The translations under genes and the position numbers were made by a program. The notes beneath the pieces are model-generated. The model had not been told where the DNA came from. It worked only from the letters and a program-made list of their open reading frames with translations, and did not search any database. A DNA stretch of 64,000 nucleotides from Gammaproteobacteria bacterium. GTDB lineage: Bacteria; Pseudomonadota; Gammaproteobacteria; GCA-001735895. This document shows, in pieces, positions 59,963-64,000 of this stretch (within the stretch, counting starts at the first letter, position 1; each line of letters starts with the position of its first letter). The DNA is taken from positions 8,462 to 72,461 of the forward strand of contig JALSKD010000183.1 in NCBI GenBank assembly GCA_026989015.1, in the 5' to 3' direction.

Positions 59963-62704
59963 ATGAAAAAAATCATCATGACAAGCGCCGTGTTTTCGCT
60001 TGTGGCCGCGCTCTCGGCCTGTGGCGGCAACAAGGACAAGGTTGACGAGGATATCTCCTCCAGGATTCATATCAGCGTGGCCGATGCCACGGCAGGCTGG
60101 GTGAATGGCAATATCGAATTGTCGTTCCGGGGCGCGTCCGTTCTGGATGCCAATCAGCAACCGGTCAGTGAACTGATCGTAGCGGGGAACGAAGCGGCTG
60201 ATATCACCATTACTGCGGAGTATCCGGCGTCCGGTGATGGCTCACTGTCGATTCTGGCGCGTGCCGAGGGCTATCTGGACGGTGGAAAATCCCTGATACT
60301 CCCCTCCAGGGGTGGTGAGCAGAGCGTGTCCCTGCGGTTGACCCAAGATCGCCCCGGATCGGTAGCCGACGGTGTTTTCTCGACCCATCTGGACATCAGT
60401 GACAGCGTCGATTCAACGGGTACGGTGACTCAGGACATCGAGCTGTTGAGCCGCGAAAGCCCAACCGCCCCGGCACTCAAGGTCACCATTCCTGCGGGCA
60501 CCCAACTTCTCGACGAGGACGGGAACCCGGTCGTTGGCGGTGTGCTCAAGCTCACCAGTTTCGATCCCAGCAAACCGCGTGCCCTGCTTGCTTATCCCGG
60601 TGGGATGAACGTTCTGGCCAATGTTGATGGTTTCACCGGGATCGATGGCAGCCCGGCTACCGGCCAGCAACAGATCAATTTCAAGACGGCCGGGTTTGCT
60701 TCGATCGTCATTGAGGGGAATGACGGCCGGCGGGTGAAGCAGTTCAGTCAGGACATCGAAATTGCCATGCAGTTTGCCATCGGCACGACCGATGCCGACG
60801 GCAATGTGGTGCAGGTAGGTGATGCGGTGCCAATATGGAGTTTCGATGAAACCACCGGTGAATGGAGTTTCGAGGAGGACGGCACGGCAGCCGATCTCGA
60901 CAGCAGCGATGGCCTGCTCGATGTGGTGTACAACACCAATCACCTGACCGCATGGAACCTGGACTGGCATTACGGTGAAGTGTGTACCGCCAATATCAAT
61001 GTCATCGACAGTCTGGGTATCAACCAGCTCAGCCAGGTACACCACCTGATTGTGTCGATCGATACCTCTCCCGCCTTGTACCGCTACCTGTTGAACAACA
61101 ATCCATCCAATGGTGATTTCCTGCTCTACAACACCCCGCTGGGTTATTCCGCGACGGTCACGGCCTATGATGCCAATGGCGTGGAACTGGGCAGCCTGAC
61201 TTCCCCGGATCTCTGTGGCGGCAACGCCGGGCCGGGTGGATGGAGCAATGACATCAATAACGAAGTGGATCTGGTCATCGATGTCAATGCGCCTCCGGTC
61301 GATGTCAGCCTGACCGTTTCATGCCCCATCTCTGGCGTCAATGTGCCCGGCTCTAACAGCAGCCCGGCCCCTCTGCCGGTAGTACTCTCGCCGACCAATG
61401 GCGGCAGCAGCATCACCTTGCCCAATGGCAGTGGCCCCGTGGGCGCCGGTGATTACAGCCTGTCCGGCATTCCCGGTGGCAGTAGCCTGGTCAATGCCAT
61501 CGACTGGGGTAACAGCGGCAATCCGGCCAACAACCTGATCACCATCAGCGGCAATGGCTACGGACAGGATTTCGTGCTCAGTAATGCCTTCTGCTCACCC
61601 ACGGCCGGAAACATCGACAGTGCCGCCTGCGATGCCGTCACCACGGGCCAATACAGCACTGCCGCGCCATTCGATGTGGCCGAAGACAGCGAGGGCAACC
61701 TGTATATATCCACGGGCGCCGCGTCCGGCATCCTGAAGAAGGATACCAGTGGCAATATCACCACGCTCATCAGCCCGGGCAACAGCAACTACAGCAACTA
61801 CCCCAGCGCCAATCCGACGGCCAGCAACGATGAAGCCAGTGAGGTGACCGCGGCGAATGCCCTGGGGCTGGATATCTACTCCACGCCCAATGGCGACATC
61901 CTGCTCTACGCGGACCGCTGGGGCAACTGCATCAATGCGGTCAACCTGGGTACTGGTACGGTCGCAACCGTGGTCGGAAAATGTCAGCAACAGGGCGGTT
62001 TCACCTACAGCACCGATGTCAACAACCGGGTCACGGCCACCGATGGCCGTATCTGGCAGCCCACGGATGTGGCGGCCGATCCGGTGCACCAGGTGCTGTA
62101 CCTGACGGTGGCCGGGCGGGTGCTGATGGTCAGTGCCGACAACGACTTGTGGAGTGTTGCCGGCAGCGGCGCATGGACGGCCACAACCGACATCACCACG
62201 CCCGTCGATGCCCTGACGAACCCCATCCGACCCTACATGCTCGATGTCGACCCGCAGGGTCGCCCGGTATTCACGGAACCCTTCTCCCACCGTGTGTTGC
62301 GGGTTGACGGCATCACCCTTACCGGACTGGATCCTCTGGCTGCGCCAGTGACTCTGAGTGCGCTGGCCGGCAGCTATGCCCAGGCCGGGTTTGGCGGTGA
62401 CGGTTCAACGGCAAATGGGGCGATGCTCAACAGCCCGCGGGATATCGAGATCGACAGCCAGGGCAACATCCTCGTTGCCGATCACTTCAATAACCGCGTG
62501 CGCCGCATCGATGCATCCACCGGGGTGATCGATACCGTGGCGGGTACCGGTGGCACCGGATCGGATACCGTCAACGGATGTGGCATGGCGACCCAGACCG
62601 ATATCCGGGGGCCCAACGGTCTGTGGTTCCAACCCAATGCCGACTTCTATCTGACTCAGGGCGGCTCGGCCGCGCAGAGGATGGTACGGCATGTGACCTA
62701 CTGA
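59963..62704 (+). CDS. 913-aa surface/periplasmic lipoprotein with C-terminal NHL-type beta-propeller
   Basis: ATG 59963 inside track ORF 59933..62704. Lipobox LSAC-GG. The N-terminal roughly 500 aa are repetitive beta-rich sequence of no family I recognise. C-terminal NHL-like blades include NSPRDIEIDSQGNILVADHFNNRVRRIDASTGVIDTVAG. Confidence 0.75.
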   Translation: MKKIIMTSAVFSLVAALSACGGNKDKVDEDISSRIHISVADATAGWVNGNIELSFRGASVLDANQQPVSELIVAGNEAADITITAEYPASGDGSLSILARAEGYLDGGKSLILPSRGGEQSVSLRLTQDRPGSVADGVFSTHLDISDSVDSTGTVTQDIELLSRESPTAPALKVTIPAGTQLLDEDGNPVVGGVLKLTSFDPSKPRALLAYPGGMNVLANVDGFTGIDGSPATGQQQINFKTAGFASIVIEGNDGRRVKQFSQDIEIAMQFAIGTTDADGNVVQVGDAVPIWSFDETTGEWSFEEDGTAADLDSSDGLLDVVYNTNHLTAWNLDWHYGEVCTANINVIDSLGINQLSQVHHLIVSIDTSPALYRYLLNNNPSNGDFLLYNTPLGYSATVTAYDANGVELGSLTSPDLCGGNAGPGGWSNDINNEVDLVIDVNAPPVDVSLTVSCPISGVNVPGSNSSPAPLPVVLSPTNGGSSITLPNGSGPVGAGDYSLSGIPGGSSLVNAIDWGNSGNPANNLITISGNGYGQDFVLSNAFCSPTAGNIDSAACDAVTTGQYSTAAPFDVAEDSEGNLYISTGAASGILKKDTSGNITTLISPGNSNYSNYPSANPTASNDEASEVTAANALGLDIYSTPNGDILLYADRWGNCINAVNLGTGTVATVVGKCQQQGGFTYSTDVNNRVTATDGRIWQPTDVAADPVHQVLYLTVAGRVLMVSADNDLWSVAGSGAWTATTDITTPVDALTNPIRPYMLDVDPQGRPVFTEPFSHRVLRVDGITLTGLDPLAAPVTLSALAGSYAQAGFGGDGSTANGAMLNSPRDIEIDSQGNILVADHFNNRVRRIDASTGVIDTVAGTGGTGSDTVNGCGMATQTDIRGPNGLWFQPNADFYLTQGGSAAQRMVRHVTY

Positions 62705-62737
62705 TGATGTCCTGAAACGGATCATCATCCATGAAGC

Positions 62738-62772
62738 GGCCCGGGCGGAAGTGTTTCCGTCCGGGCTTTTTT
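62738..62772 (+). terminator. rho-independent terminator after the lipoprotein gene
   Basis: GGCCCGGGCGGA-AGTGTT-TCCGTCCGGGC followed by TTTTTT. Confidence 0.7.
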
Positions 62773-62810
62773 GTCGATGAAAGGAAAAGGCAGAAATCGT
62801 TGTCTGGGAC

Positions 62811-64000
62811 TCAGCCACCGGTCAGCGCAGCGATGGACTGAAGGCGTTCGATGATCTTCCGGTGAAGGCCGTCGATATCCTCCAGCACGATGCCGTGGCG
62901 GTTGCTGTCAATGAGGATTTTTTCCTTCAGGGGCGCCTCGATGTGGTCGCAGAGGATGTCCACGCTTTCGGCCTTGACCACCGGGTCCTGACTGGCCTGG
63001 AAACAGATGGCCGGGCAGTGGAAGCGGGCCGGTTGGTCGAGAAAGGTTTCGATCAGTTTCTGCAGTTGATAGACCGCGCGGATCGGAATGTGGGCATAGT
63101 TGATGTCCGGGTGCTCGGGCTGGTTGTCGCGAAACGGGGCGATGCCTCCGCTGCCGAGCAGGCGGGCGATGCGGTTGGCCTGGTGAAGCAGCGGCACCCA
63201 GCGGGTGTTGCGTTCGCGAAACAACACCGGGGCACTGATGCTGACGACCGAGGCCACCGGCAGGTCGGGCTGTTGCTGCACGCAGCGCAAGGCCATCAGC
63301 CCGCCGGCGGAAAACCCCAGCAGATGGACGCGGCTGCAAAAGGGTTGAAGCAGGCGGAAGCCGGTGATGACCGAATCGATCCATTCCGGCCAGTTGCGGT
63401 CACGCAGATCCCAGGGCGAGGTGCCGTGACCCTTGACGCGCACGCCGATGACATTGAATCCGGAAGCGTGCAGCCGATCGCCGAGTGGACGCATCTCCGC
63501 CGGAGATGCCAGCAGGCCGTGGACCAGTACCACGCCGGGCGCGGGCTCCCTGTGCAACAGGCGGAACCAGTTGGCGTCGGCGGTGGCGGTCTGGGCCGCG
63601 TTGATGTCCCGGTAGCGGGGCTTGTCGTAACGCCGGCGGTCGAATTCCAGGCTGCGCCGCTCATCGTCATAGGCCAGATCGGCCCAGTCGCGCGGGGTCA
63701 GGGTGTCGGCTTCCGCAGGGATGCGTTGCAGAAGCCGGCCGATGCCGGCCAGCGGAGCGATTTCATTGGCATAGACCGTGATCGGGTTTTCGCTGCGGAT
63801 GGCGTCGAAGTCGAAGTCCTCGCCGAGCTTGTCGAGCAATCGGTATTGCGTTTCTTCGATACGGATCAGTCCCAGCCGTTCGGATTGTTCGAGGAATTGT
63901 CGCAGCCGGTGGCTGTCGCCCTGCGGCAGGCGCGCGTATTCTTCGGGGTCGAGCAGGCTCACATGCAGGTGGTAGCGGGGCTCCGCCTGCAGGCGCTTGA
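62811..64000 (-). CDS. alpha/beta-hydrolase domain at the C-terminus of a larger protein (reading frame stays open to the window edge)
   Basis: Nucleophile elbow HLLGFSAGG. The frame continues upstream of the track's GTG at 63962 (..KRLQAEPRYHLHVSLLDPEE) with no stop before base 64000. Confidence 0.7.
   Translation of the reverse strand, partial: KRLQAEPRYHLHVSLLDPEEYARLPQGDSHRLRQFLEQSERLGLIRIEETQYRLLDKLGEDFDFDAIRSENPITVYANEIAPLAGIGRLLQRIPAEADTLTPRDWADLAYDDERRSLEFDRRRYDKPRYRDINAAQTATADANWFRLLHREPAPGVVLVHGLLASPAEMRPLGDRLHASGFNVIGVRVKGHGTSPWDLRDRNWPEWIDSVITGFRLLQPFCSRVHLLGFSAGGLMALRCVQQQPDLPVASVVSISAPVLFRERNTRWVPLLHQANRIARLLGSGGIAPFRDNQPEHPDINYAHIPIRAVYQLQKLIETFLDQPARFHCPAICFQASQDPVVKAESVDILCDHIEAPLKEKILIDSNRHGIVLEDIDGLHRKIIERLQSIAALTGG

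Overview
This is a chromosomal window from a high-GC gammaproteobacterium. The gene order resembles Pseudomonas, Marinobacter or Ectothiorhodospiraceae, but I cannot name the organism. Almost every base is coding. From left to right the window contains:

- **Housekeeping block (1-8941):** thrC (partial), ndk, rlmN, pilW, rodZ, hisS, yfgM-like, bamB and der.
- **cbb3 oxidase locus (8955-17862):** ccoNOQP, ccoGH and a TauE-like gene on the minus strand, with ccoIS divergent on the plus strand.
- **Secreted rhodanese (17893-18747).**
- **Pseudomonas-type flagellar block (18912-34908):** flgGHIJKL, fliC, flaG, fliD, fliS, a fliT-like gene and fleQSR, with recognisable sigma-54 and sigma-28 promoters.
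- **Lower-GC orphan gene (34966-35349),** followed by an MFS transporter, a LigB-type dioxygenase and ppc.
- **Uncharacterised envelope module (40580-45252):** an OmpR/HK two-component system, a TlpA-like thioredoxin, a DUF4266-like lipoprotein, a DUF3570-like outer-membrane barrel and a proline-rich secreted protein.
- **Soluble chemoreceptor with a zinc-binding CZB domain (45327-46484).**
- **Metabolic genes (46916-52227):** ispF, nagZ, mscS, hpt, an mtnP-like gene, a HAD hydrolase and a NUDIX hydrolase.
- **Accessory-looking right end (52334-64000):** a TonB receptor with a PepSY/Asp-box protein, DUF3465 and Sel1 genes, a CarS-like membrane protein, a convergent LuxR/7TM-kinase pair, a 913-aa NHL-propeller lipoprotein, and the hydrolase end of a larger protein.

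I saw no rRNA, tRNA, CRISPR array, transposase or integrase.

The signal the gene list explains least is a roughly 285-bp, TA-flanked, heavily structured inverted-repeat element at 46504-46788. It sits exactly between a FliA-type promoter and the chemoreceptor start codon.

All family assignments come from motif recognition by eye. No database search was run.
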